64,000 bases of DNA from Candidatus Hermodarchaeota archaeon (GTDB lineage: Archaea > Asgardarchaeota > Lokiarchaeia > Sigyniarchaeales > SOKP01), in NCBI GenBank assembly GCA_048885535.1, contig JBHLLO010000007.1:13665-77664 (forward strand). Direction: 5' to 3'. The position numbers were made by a program, and so were the translations under genes. Under the pieces are notes generated by a model. That model was not told the origin of the DNA, ran no database searches, and worked only from the letters and a program-made list of their open reading frames with translations. This document shows, one piece after another, positions 49,600-59,522 of this stretch (its first letter is position 1; each line of letters starts with the position of its first letter).

Positions 49600-51114
49600 T
49601 TAATGTTCCAGCTGTTTTTTAACTGAAATATTACAGTTCTCTAAAAATTCATCGACTTTATAAGATGGTATTTTTGCACCTGCAGCTAAGGGGTGTCCTC
49701 CTCCAAGAGTATCTATATTTGTTAACTTTAACGTATCTCTTACTACTTCTGATAAATTTAATCCTTTCTTTAATAATATTTCGTTAGCTCTAGCTGAAAC
49801 CTTATATATATCTTCATCAACTCTTTTAGCAAATCCAAATATAGGTTTTGTGTTATCTATCAATTCGTTCTCCTCAAAAATTAACATAGAACAAATGGTG
49901 CCAATTATATTTTCTGGAATAACATCTTCACCGAAAAAATATTGAATGAACTCTTTTTGTTGAATTTTTTTATTTTCATAAATCCATGATAATGCTTTAG
50001 AAATAGATTTTTTATACAAAATTAAGTTTTCCTGAGCTTTTTGAAATGCATTTGTTCTATCACCCATCGCAACGGCAATTCCTAATGCACCGTTATCAGT
50101 TCTTCCACACGAATTCAATAAATTCGAAAATTCACTCAGATCATTAAGTTCTGGTACATTGATTTCATTTTTTAATATATATCTGTTAATTATTAATTTA
50201 GTGATTACTTCATTCGGATCAAGATTTAATTTAACCGATGTATATCTTATAATTGCCGATGAAACTTTTTGTTTTTCACTCTGATTTAACTCATTTAATG
50301 TTTTTATGTTTCCATTTGTGTTTTTCATTAACACACCTAGTTTCTGTAGAAAAATTAAGACCTTATTTGGGTCTCCAGTTAAACCAGGTATGATAAGGTC
50401 TGAAGAATACGCAATAGCTTCGTTTAATGGTTTAATTGGGGAAAAATTTAGGTCACTCACCATTTCAATAAGATCCAATTTATAAGCATCATCTAGAATA
50501 AGCTTGTTGAGCCCAATGAATGATTTTTGAACTCCCTTATTTTGGATGTCTCCTGTTGCACCAACTAAAGCTATGGGAGAGAGATCTACATTTTTTTCAT
50601 TCAAGTGTTTTGCAAAAAAATAACATAATCCTGCTCCAGAAACTTCAATACTGCCATCTATATCATAAAAATAGGGATTCACATGCCATGGCTTAGTTTC
50701 TTGATAAATTTCGTAGATTTGTTTATCGTTCTTATTAGTTATATTTTGAGGGATATGATGATCGATTACAATAAAGGCGTTTAATTTATTATCTACTTTA
50801 AGTTGTTCGATTAACTCTTTATATTGACCACTTCCAAAGTCGCAAAATATCGGAAATATCTCACTTTCCTTTAAAAGAAGTTTAATCTTTAATATTTCAT
50901 TTCTTTCTAACTGTTTTAAAATTGAAATTTGAAATGGTATTCGTTCTCGATACAAGGCTTTACCTAAAATAGCCCCAGCTGCCAATCCATCTGCATCTAA
51001 GTGAGTATAAATATGAATGGATGAAGTAATTTTATTAACTCTTTCAAAAAAGAAATTTTTTGTTTTGATCAAATCTTCATTTAATTTAGTTAATTTTGAA
51101 GTTGATTCATCCAT
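49600..51114 (-). CDS. DHH-family phosphoesterase, archaeal RecJ/Cdc45 (GAN-like)
   Basis: HLDADGL, DFGSG, DHH, GATGD, DHHA1 GGGH..AAG. Confidence 0.88.
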   Translation of the reverse strand: MDESTSKLTKLNEDLIKTKNFFFERVNKITSSIHIYTHLDADGLAAGAILGKALYRERIPFQISILKQLERNEILKIKLLLKESEIFPIFCDFGSGQYKELIEQLKVDNKLNAFIVIDHHIPQNITNKNDKQIYEIYQETKPWHVNPYFYDIDGSIEVSGAGLCYFFAKHLNEKNVDLSPIALVGATGDIQNKGVQKSFIGLNKLILDDAYKLDLIEMVSDLNFSPIKPLNEAIAYSSDLIIPGLTGDPNKVLIFLQKLGVLMKNTNGNIKTLNELNQSEKQKVSSAIIRYTSVKLNLDPNEVITKLIINRYILKNEINVPELNDLSEFSNLLNSCGRTDNGALGIAVAMGDRTNAFQKAQENLILYKKSISKALSWIYENKKIQQKEFIQYFFGEDVIPENIIGTICSMLIFEENELIDNTKPIFGFAKRVDEDIYKVSARANEILLKKGLNLSEVVRDTLKLTNIDTLGGGHPLAAGAKIPSYKVDEFLENCNISVKKQLEH

Positions 51115-51198
51115 TTTTATATAGTTTTAATATGAACTTAATTTAATATATTAAAGTAAGAAATTAATAATAAATACTCAATTAAAATAGTTATTTAA

Positions 51199-52203
51199 GT
51201 GATGATAATGCACCACGTAAAAATTAATAATCTTGCATTAAAGATTGTGAAAGAGATTATTGAAAATAAAGATTATTATAAAGCTGAAATTACCATATTA
51301 AATAATGGATCTACCGTTGTAAACATGACTAATGCATCGTGGTTAGGAGGAAAGTTTGTAGGAGAAATATGTATGGGTGGTTTGGGTGTGTTGAATTTTA
51401 CTTCATTTAATTTAGATAGTCATTATTTACCCGCAGTCAATGTATTTACTTCAGAACCAATAATTTCATGTATGGCTTCTCAATTGGCAGGATGGTCTGT
51501 GAAATTAAAAAAAGAAGTTGAAAAAAATGGAGAGCTGAAAAAAAAAGTATTATTTCAGTCATTGGGTTCTGGACCTGCTCGAGCAAAAGCTAAAACTGAA
51601 AAAATTTTTGAAGAAATAAATTATACAGACGATTCTGATTGTGCTGTAATAGTTTTTGAAACAAGAAAAATGCCTAATGAAGAAGTCATGACTATTGTCT
51701 CAGAAAAATCTAAGGTGAATCCAGAAAATACATATGCAGTTTGCGCTCCTACTGCATGTTTGACGGGATCAATTCAAGTAGCAGCTAGAATTGTTGAAAC
51801 AGGAATTCATAAGCTTCATCAAATTCACTTTCCATTAGATGTAATTATGAATGGGTTTGGGTCTACTCCGATTGCTCCTATAGCACATGATGATTTTGCT
51901 GCAATGGGCACAACTAATGATTCTATAATTGCTGGAGGTAGAACATTCTATACAATCGACGTTGATAAAGAGAAGGAAGAAGATTTATTTGAATTATTGA
52001 AGAAAGCACCTGCTAACCAATCTTTAAGTTATGGGAAACCTTTTAATGAAATTTTCAAGGAAGCAAATTTTGACTTTTATAAGATTGATCCTGGGCTATT
52101 TGCTCCCGCTACTTATACTATAAATAATATCAAAACTGGAAAATCCTTAACTGTTGGATCGTTAAACTATGAATTACTAAAACAATCTTTTGGACTAAAT
52201 TAA
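51199..52203 (+). CDS. mch: Methenyl-H4MPT cyclohydrolase
   Basis: ICMGGLG, MASQLAGW, GSGPARA, APT..L.GS.Q..AR.VETG.HK, MG.TND, DFYKIDP.LFAPA. Confidence 0.95.
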   Translation: MMIMHHVKINNLALKIVKEIIENKDYYKAEITILNNGSTVVNMTNASWLGGKFVGEICMGGLGVLNFTSFNLDSHYLPAVNVFTSEPIISCMASQLAGWSVKLKKEVEKNGELKKKVLFQSLGSGPARAKAKTEKIFEEINYTDDSDCAVIVFETRKMPNEEVMTIVSEKSKVNPENTYAVCAPTACLTGSIQVAARIVETGIHKLHQIHFPLDVIMNGFGSTPIAPIAHDDFAAMGTTNDSIIAGGRTFYTIDVDKEKEEDLFELLKKAPANQSLSYGKPFNEIFKEANFDFYKIDPGLFAPATYTINNIKTGKSLTVGSLNYELLKQSFGLN

Positions 52204-52247
52204 AAATATAGAAATTTTTTTTCTTTTTAAAGTTTCTAAATTAAGGA

Positions 52248-53435
52248 TTAGAAATTAGTTAGCTCATCTTGGTATTTTGATATTTCATCTAACGAAATAT
52301 CTCTATCAAACTTTATTTCTATTTGAAGACCTAAATATGCACATGCTATTTTTGCTGCAGCAACAATCTCCGCCTTTTTAAGTGTTAGAGAATATTCATC
52401 GACAGCTTGGACTTTTTCCTCAAAATCATCTCTTCTTGAATAATTTGGAACAGAATCATCAATATACAATCTTTCTTTAAGGGCAGAATCATATCTCTTT
52501 TCGTGCATTTGTAATGCCCTCTCAGATTTCATTCTATAGAGGAGTGAAGCCATCTTATCGGCAACTTTAAACGGTAATTGATTTTTAATGATTAATCTAA
52601 TAATATGGTTTATATCAAAATAATTAAGACTATCATATTTTGCACGCAAGTAATTTTTCAAATTCTCGGAATTTCTTTGACACTCTATCTCAGTCCAATC
52701 GTGAATAGCTAATTTTCTTCTAAAAAATATTAATTCCCAGTCAATGTCTAATTCCTTTAAGAACTCTAGTAATTTATCATCATTTTCTTTTCTTGATTCT
52801 AAAATGATAAATAATTGTAAACCGTAGTATTTATGTTCTTGTTGTAGAAAATAACCTCTTTGCTGCAAAGAGGCGAGAATAACTATTTTCAAAGAAAAAA
52901 TCTTGTCTGTAACATTTTTTTTCCCACAACTCAAATAAATAACGTTTCCCTCTTCACTGATATATTCACTGTCCAAAAAACCTAAAATACTTTCATTATT
53001 TTCCTTGATAAAATCTCTTAAACCTGTTAGAGTAGGTTCTACATCATATTTTATTAAATCACTTTCTCTAATTGTAACATAGTCATGATAGCTTCCTCCA
53101 ATAGCTAACTTCATCGAATATAGATCTATCTCTTTCTCTTCACCAAAAACATTTTTAAATGCTGTAATTAATGGAAAAACTTCATCTTCCAAAATTTTAA
53201 GGTCAGCAATTGAATTCTCATAAGGTTCAGGGCTTTCTGTCATTTTATTGAGAATTGGAGCTTCTGATGCCTCAACTTCGATTTCATAATCCTTTGCTAG
53301 ATTCTTCTTTATAACACAAATAGACTTTTTCTTTTCATTATACATCGCTAATGACGTTGAACTATCTATTACTGCTCTAAACATCTCCTTTGATTTACCT
53401 TCAGAACTCTCTGTTTTAATTTTTCTCCTTCTCAT
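52248..53435 (-). CDS. Hypothetical protein
   Basis: 395-aa ORF with no recognised motif. Confidence 0.65.
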   Translation of the reverse strand: MRRRKIKTESSEGKSKEMFRAVIDSSTSLAMYNEKKKSICVIKKNLAKDYEIEVEASEAPILNKMTESPEPYENSIADLKILEDEVFPLITAFKNVFGEEKEIDLYSMKLAIGGSYHDYVTIRESDLIKYDVEPTLTGLRDFIKENNESILGFLDSEYISEEGNVIYLSCGKKNVTDKIFSLKIVILASLQQRGYFLQQEHKYYGLQLFIILESRKENDDKLLEFLKELDIDWELIFFRRKLAIHDWTEIECQRNSENLKNYLRAKYDSLNYFDINHIIRLIIKNQLPFKVADKMASLLYRMKSERALQMHEKRYDSALKERLYIDDSVPNYSRRDDFEEKVQAVDEYSLTLKKAEIVAAAKIACAYLGLQIEIKFDRDISLDEISKYQDELTNF

Positions 53436-53629
53436 CGGTTTATCTATTTTCTTTTTACTATAATTAAAGAAATATTACAATCTTATAATCTTAACTATGA
53501 AAATTTTATTGATTCAATAGATTTTAATTATTTAATATATTAGGACCAAACTAATTAAGTAAAAAACTTAAAAATATAACAAGTAGAAATAATCTATGTT
53601 TGTATTTTTCAATTTCAAGCAATACCTTT

Positions 53630-53812
53630 TTACTTTTCTAATTCTTCTGCTAAATAGTAATGTTCTCCTTTCTTATGATAAGTCATTGTTGAACCAAAAT
53701 TATTTCTAACAACAAACTTATCTCCCTCAGCATCCAATATTTCTATTGAATAAGCCAACCTTCTATCTTTTAAAATTTCTTCGACAATTTTTTTTTCTTC
53801 TTCAGCATCCAT
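53630..53812 (-). CDS. Small hypothetical protein
   Basis: 60 aa, protein-like composition, sits alone in an intergenic gap. Confidence 0.6.
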   Translation of the reverse strand: MDAEEEKKIVEEILKDRRLAYSIEILDAEGDKFVVRNNFGSTMTYHKKGEHYYLAEELEK

Positions 53813-54055
53813 GAAAAAAGATAATTAATTCTTAGAAAAAAAATTTATCATTTTTAGTAAGATTACTAATTAATGTAGGAATTTTTCTCGTTGTTTTCTT
53901 TAGAAATGCTTGGCTTTTAGAGTAATTTGATGTATTAAAAAAAATCCCATAAGAGTTTATTAAAAAATATAAGATTTTTTATTAAATAGTTATCTTTTTT
54001 AATAAAAAATTATCTAGATAAATATAATATTTTTGCTTATTCTAGGATTTATTCT

Positions 54056-55306
54056 ATGGTAAAAAACGCGTTAGATATTGGAATCTTTAGTGTCATGTAC
54101 AGCCAAATTAATGGGACTGCACATGCCGTCAGATTTTTAAGTGAAGCCTTAGCAAAGTTAGGACATAATGTGCATATTTTCGCACCAGGTATAAAAGATG
54201 GCTATAAGAAGCCTAAGACACTTTATTTCCATGATATAGGCGGTGTACAAGTTGGACACAAAACAGAGTTTATATTAAGTGTCCCATTTCATAAAATTTT
54301 CCTTTGTCAAGAGGATTATTTAGATATTGCCCATGTACATACACATGAGACAATTGGAGCCATGGCAATTAACTGGGCAAAATATTTGGGAATCCCTCTA
54401 ATTGGTTCACACCATAGTCCAATGGCTTTTTACACAGCGCAGTATATCCCAATCTTTGGTAAATTCTTGGGTAAGCATGATTTCATATGGCGTTATGAAC
54501 GTCATGTTTTAGAGAAATATGATTTAACGCATGTTCCAACGAAAACAAAGAAGGATTTGTTACTTAGCCATAGATTTAAGGAACCAATTGTTGCCTTAAC
54601 AAACGGAATTCACGATTATTATTTTCAAGAATTAAAACAGAACGGAATTAGAGAAAAATATAATCTAGAAGATAAAAAAATAATGTTATATGCATCTAGA
54701 TTATCCCCAGAAAAACATCCAATAAGAATCATAAAGGAATTCGTAAAAAAGATTCATAAAGAAGTCCCTGATGCTCATTTACTTATAGTCGGAAGTCCGG
54801 GACCTTCAACCGATGCTGTGGAGAAAATTATTAAGAAGAAAAAGTATAAAGATTGTATTTCATATGCAGGTAGAGTACCTTTCGATGACTTACTAAGACT
54901 ATATGATACTGCTGATTTAACATGTCTTTGGTCGTGGGTAGAAGCCGAAGGTCTTGTTTTAACGGAGGCAATGGCTCAAGGTACCCCAAGTGTAGGAGCA
55001 AATGCGTGCGGTATTGCTGATGTAATTAGGCATGGAGTTACTGGTTATTTAGCAAATAATCTAGATCAATTCAGTGATTATGTAATAAAATTATTGAAAG
55101 ATGATTCCCTAAGAGAAAGTTTTGGAAAGAATGCAAAAAAAATTGCTCAAGATTATCGAATTGACAAAATAGCAAAAACTTGGTGTAACCTTTATAAGTT
55201 TGCTATTGATGAATTATACCCTTTACGCTATCGTAGAGAAGAGAGACAATATGGAGTAAATCTTGTTAAAAACTTTATCAAACAATTCCCTAATGTCTAC
55301 TTTTAA
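54056..55306 (+). CDS. Glycosyltransferase family 4 (GT-B)
   Basis: GHNVHIFAP, SRLSPEK, EAEGLVLTEAMAQGTP, V.HGVTGYL. Confidence 0.92.
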   Translation: MVKNALDIGIFSVMYSQINGTAHAVRFLSEALAKLGHNVHIFAPGIKDGYKKPKTLYFHDIGGVQVGHKTEFILSVPFHKIFLCQEDYLDIAHVHTHETIGAMAINWAKYLGIPLIGSHHSPMAFYTAQYIPIFGKFLGKHDFIWRYERHVLEKYDLTHVPTKTKKDLLLSHRFKEPIVALTNGIHDYYFQELKQNGIREKYNLEDKKIMLYASRLSPEKHPIRIIKEFVKKIHKEVPDAHLLIVGSPGPSTDAVEKIIKKKKYKDCISYAGRVPFDDLLRLYDTADLTCLWSWVEAEGLVLTEAMAQGTPSVGANACGIADVIRHGVTGYLANNLDQFSDYVIKLLKDDSLRESFGKNAKKIAQDYRIDKIAKTWCNLYKFAIDELYPLRYRREERQYGVNLVKNFIKQFPNVYF

Positions 55307-56026
55307 TTAAAGGTTTGAAGAAATCTTAATTGTTTTTAATTTAACTCTACAATCATTACACAGATAGAAAGACTTTTTATCAACATCTCTAAGATTTTTC
55401 GAATAAGACATAACACAATAATTGTTTACGCAATGAACTAGACCTAATATAATATGCCCAATTTCATGAATCACTTCTTTAATAATTCTATTCTGGATTA
55501 CATTATTGTATTCTTGTGAAGAAATAGGTTCAGATTTTAAATTGTAAGAAGAAATAATCGCACAATTATGCCATAAATGAGCTTCACCATATAAAAATAC
55601 CAAATTATCATTGCTACTTGAATATATTGGTAAATCTGTTATTCCAACTCCTATATTGAAATTATTCATTATTCTTAATTTTAAAATTTTTTCATAAAAC
55701 TGGTTAGTAGGAAATAAAAAAATTTCTTTTGATTCCGCTCTAAATTTCACTCTTTTTCGTTTATCTTCTGAAAAAAATAAGTTATTCTCTACTTTTATCT
55801 CCTTGATTTCAAAGAAATATGACTTATAAATAACATTAATTTCAAACAATAATTCTTCAAATAAAGAACGATTCCCATTACAGAAAAATACAATTCCTAA
55901 ATCGCATGGGTATGATACATTATGAAATGAGTTTATAACATTATTCTCACAATCATCTAGATTGAGTTTCTGAATTTTATTTTCATAGCTTAGATATTTT
56001 GACATAATTTTAAGTAGTTGCACCAA
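55307..56026 (-). CDS. Archaemetzincin-like Zn protease
   Basis: KEVIHEIGH..GLVHC...CVM..S....VD.K...LC..C; ITD..IY..FLYGEA. Confidence 0.82.
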   Translation of the reverse strand: MVQLLKIMSKYLSYENKIQKLNLDDCENNVINSFHNVSYPCDLGIVFFCNGNRSLFEELLFEINVIYKSYFFEIKEIKVENNLFFSEDKRKRVKFRAESKEIFLFPTNQFYEKILKLRIMNNFNIGVGITDLPIYSSSNDNLVFLYGEAHLWHNCAIISSYNLKSEPISSQEYNNVIQNRIIKEVIHEIGHIILGLVHCVNNYCVMSYSKNLRDVDKKSFYLCNDCRVKLKTIKISSNL

Positions 56027-56122
56027 GCTTTTTAGAAGTATTTTCTATAAATAACAGATATTTAAATTATAAATTATATTATAACTTTAAATAATTATTT
56101 CAAAAAAACACAAAAAATCAAT

Positions 56123-57184
56123 ATGTCAGATAGTCTCAAAAGTTTACCGGAGAACGATAAAAGTCAAATCAATCCTCAAAATGGAGAAGAACAAGAAGGT
56201 TCTGAAAAAGAAGTCATAGAAAAAGATTTTGTTCCACATTTTTTACCAACTTATAGAATTAGTTCTAAGTTTTATCCCTTACCAATTATAGCAGTAGTTA
56301 TTATTGCTGGTGTTTTATCTTATCTTACATATGTAATCGCCGAAATTCAAATAGATGGCGGATATATCCCTGAAGCAGAATTTGGAGCCTTAGCTGGAAT
56401 TCTGAATGGTATAATATTTACTACTCTGGCAGCTGTTTCAGCCTTTATAATAATTTATTTCGTAAAAAAACGAGGAATAGAGATTTTAAAATATATTTTT
56501 GGAGGAAGTTTAGCATTCTTAGGATTTTTTTTATCTCTATTTTTCCTATCAATCATAATAGATATAATTTTTTCATTAATACCTGAGTCTGAGGTTTTGG
56601 ATTTGGTTTATTTTGCGATAGGGTACATAACTTTACCAATATTCACTGGAGTTTTTACTATTCTTATAATTTATAAATATTTTACTTCTAAATCAATCCA
56701 AACTAAGAATATTATTGTATTATACATGGGATTATTAATTGGAGCTGCTATGGGTGTATTTATGCCACTTTGGACGACTTTAGCTATCCTAATAGGAATA
56801 TCGATTTGGGATATGTTTGCTGTACTTTATAAGAAAGGACCTATAAAAGAAATGATTGATATAGCTTCAAAGGGAAATGATTTTGAACCTGCAACAAATC
56901 AAGAGATTCAAGAGAAGATTAAGAGAGGGGAAGCTGAATATGATACTTCTAAATTAGAAATTGGAATTGGAGATCTAGCTTTTTATAGCATGCTTACGTC
57001 AAGTGCACTTATTCAATCAAATAATATAATAGTAATGATTTTAACTGCTATTGCGATTTTAGTTGGAACAGGAATAACAATAATGGGACTCAAGCGAAAT
57101 AAAGTTTTACCTGGACTTCCTATTTCTATATTTTTAGGTATAGCTGCAATGTTAGTCTCATGGTATGTAATTTCAATCATTTAA
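56123..57184 (+). CDS. Presenilin-family intramembrane aspartyl protease
   Basis: About 9 TM segments, ISIWDMFAVL..KGP (Asp 1), IGIGDLAFYSML (GxGD), LPGLPISI (PAL motif). Confidence 0.9.
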   Translation: MSDSLKSLPENDKSQINPQNGEEQEGSEKEVIEKDFVPHFLPTYRISSKFYPLPIIAVVIIAGVLSYLTYVIAEIQIDGGYIPEAEFGALAGILNGIIFTTLAAVSAFIIIYFVKKRGIEILKYIFGGSLAFLGFFLSLFFLSIIIDIIFSLIPESEVLDLVYFAIGYITLPIFTGVFTILIIYKYFTSKSIQTKNIIVLYMGLLIGAAMGVFMPLWTTLAILIGISIWDMFAVLYKKGPIKEMIDIASKGNDFEPATNQEIQEKIKRGEAEYDTSKLEIGIGDLAFYSMLTSSALIQSNNIIVMILTAIAILVGTGITIMGLKRNKVLPGLPISIFLGIAAMLVSWYVISII

Positions 57185-57255
57185 ATAGATAACATTGCTC
57201 TTAACAATAAAGAAAATTTTTAAAATATTTTTAACTTTCTTTTACCAATTAAATT

Positions 57256-58461
57256 ATGGAGAATTTCATTTTGGTTGATATCAGTAAGATTAAAAAATTT
57301 GTTGTTATAGGAGCTGGTACTATGGGTCGCGAAATCGCTCAAGTCGCTTTGATGTCTAGATTATTCAAGAATGTTGTATTAAATGACATCAATAATAATA
57401 TCCTTGAAAAGGCAGCAAGTTATATTGAAGATGGAATCAAAAAAATGCAACTTAAAGGATTAATTCCTGAGAATGTGTCGAGGGACTCCTTAATGAGATC
57501 CCTTATTAAAGAAGTGAATTTAGATAAGGCTATTCAAGATGCAGACTTTATAGTAGAAGCTATTCCTGAGGTAATGGAATTAAAACAAGAATTATTTCGG
57601 GATTTAGGAAATTTAGCACCAAAACACGCTATTTTAGCTACAAACACTTCAACAATGAGTATTACAAAAATAGCTGAAGCTTCTAATCGCCCTCAACAAG
57701 TCGTTGGGATGCACTTTTTTATACCTATACCAGTACTTAGATTAATAGAGATAATTAAAGGAGAAAAAACGTCTGATGAGACATTTGAAACTGCCGTTGA
57801 AATAGGTAAAAGATTACCGGCACTAAAAGGCAAAAGATATATAGCCAAAATAGAGAAGGAAAGTCCAGGATTTATCGTAAATCGCCTTACTATTGCTTCA
57901 AGTTTATTATTAAATTGGTTATTGGATTTAGCAACTGAAAAAGGAATTCTTTATGAAAAAGTTGATAATGATTTCGTAACTCCTCCAGAATGGGGGCCAT
58001 TCGCAAAATGGGATTATTTGGGACTTGATGTAATCAGTGATAGTTTGAACTATTTTGCAAAAACTCTTTCTCCTGAATTTGCACCAGGAAAAACACTTTC
58101 AAATCTAATCAAAGAAGGACATTTAGGTAAGAAAACTGGAAGAGGTATCTATGAGTGGAAGGAAGGAAAACCAATTATTAGGACTAATGAAAAGGCAAAT
58201 GTTTCTAATCCCGAGTATTATTATGCTATTCAGTTAAATGAGGGTTGTAGACTTTTAGAAGAAGGCATTGTTTCTAATTACAAAACTATTGACGCTACAA
58301 TCTTGGCAGGGATGGATATGCCGGGACCTTTTGGACCAGGAAAAAATAATTATATCAGATGGACAAAAATGCTTGAAGAGCTTTCAGAGAAAACAGGGAT
58401 CTCTTATATCAAACCTTGTAATCTAATGAAATCAGGTAATTTCGTTAAGCTGAGAAAATAA
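57256..58461 (+). CDS. 3-hydroxyacyl-CoA dehydrogenase
   Basis: GAGTMG, EAIPE..ELK, ATNTST, GMHFF, PGFIVNR, GKKTGRG.Y, plus a second C-terminal dimerisation domain. Confidence 0.92.
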   Translation: MENFILVDISKIKKFVVIGAGTMGREIAQVALMSRLFKNVVLNDINNNILEKAASYIEDGIKKMQLKGLIPENVSRDSLMRSLIKEVNLDKAIQDADFIVEAIPEVMELKQELFRDLGNLAPKHAILATNTSTMSITKIAEASNRPQQVVGMHFFIPIPVLRLIEIIKGEKTSDETFETAVEIGKRLPALKGKRYIAKIEKESPGFIVNRLTIASSLLLNWLLDLATEKGILYEKVDNDFVTPPEWGPFAKWDYLGLDVISDSLNYFAKTLSPEFAPGKTLSNLIKEGHLGKKTGRGIYEWKEGKPIIRTNEKANVSNPEYYYAIQLNEGCRLLEEGIVSNYKTIDATILAGMDMPGPFGPGKNNYIRWTKMLEELSEKTGISYIKPCNLMKSGNFVKLRK

Positions 58462-58581
58462 ATAAAATTTATCTGTTTTTTGTAATGAAATACGAACACT
58501 TTATAATATTAATATTGATATATTAAACTTAATTTAAATTAATTATAAGCTACTTACATATACTACTATTTCTTAAAAAAC

Positions 58582-58872
58582 ATGTCTGAAAAAGACTCCT
58601 CACCTAAAAGTGGGTTAGAAAGAGTGATAGAATTCTTTAATAATGAGTTAGAAATAAATCATCCTATAGCTATCTCTGAAGTTGTCGAAAAAACAGGATT
58701 TTCTTGGAGCTTTATTAAAAAAACCCTGAAGAATATGGTGGGAAATTATCAAGGTTTTAATTTTGAGAAGAGCGGTGGTACTTGGCTAATTTGGAAGGAT
58801 AGAGAACGAATAATTAGAAAATTAGATAATACTTGTAGTCAATTTTTAAAAGATGACGAAAGAGAGTGTTGA
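58582..58872 (+). CDS. Small winged-helix-like DNA-binding protein (putative)
   Basis: ISEVVEKTGFSWSFIKKTL HTH-like segment followed by a beta hairpin (EKSGGTWLIW). Confidence 0.55.
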   Translation: MSEKDSSPKSGLERVIEFFNNELEINHPIAISEVVEKTGFSWSFIKKTLKNMVGNYQGFNFEKSGGTWLIWKDRERIIRKLDNTCSQFLKDDEREC

Positions 58873-58880
58873 TATCAATG

Positions 58881-59318
58881 TTACCAATCTTCCAATAAAT
58901 ATGTGAGATAATTACTCTCAAATTGCTTTCCCATATAATCCTTTTTGGTTTTATTTATTTCTAAAAAGAATTTCTGAAAAACCCTTACATCATTTTCATA
59001 CCTCTTCTTTTGAATTTCAGGAAAAAGTTCAATGAACCTATTAGTAAAATATTCAAGTTCCTCTAATGCTTTATTTCGATTGATATTCATTAATGAAATT
59101 CCAATAAATTGGGTTTCGGCTTTTGTTAAAAAAGTTATTCTAAATTTCGTACCTTCTATTTGATATAAATCATCATTAAGAGATATGTTATAAAAAGAGG
59201 TCAATGCCTCAAGGAAACCACCAAATAACAGTGGATCTTTAATTAAAGTTGAATTTGTAGAAAATACAACCTTCCCTCCTTCCTTAAACACGATAAAATC
59301 CTTTAAATATTCAACCAA
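58881..59318 (-). CDS. Longin/roadblock-like small alpha/beta domain protein
   Basis: FIVF.EGG..VF, DP.LFGGFL.AL..F, three beta strands, then helix L..F...F...F. Confidence 0.6.
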   Translation of the reverse strand: MVEYLKDFIVFKEGGKVVFSTNSTLIKDPLLFGGFLEALTSFYNISLNDDLYQIEGTKFRITFLTKAETQFIGISLMNINRNKALEELEYFTNRFIELFPEIQKKRYENDVRVFQKFFLEINKTKKDYMGKQFESNYLTYLLEDW

Positions 59319-59522
59319 GATATGACTTCCAATAGATAATTTTCACTGGATATTAAGGTGAGTCCCTTCTTATTTAAATTAAGGTAATATTATAATGTTA
59401 TTTGAATAACTTTGATAGTATAAGATTTGAAATCCAAGAAATGAAATTTCACACTAAATTTAATAGCAATCATAAATTTCTCATAATAACTTAAGAAAAA
59501 TGCATTTGAGTGAAAAAAAGAT

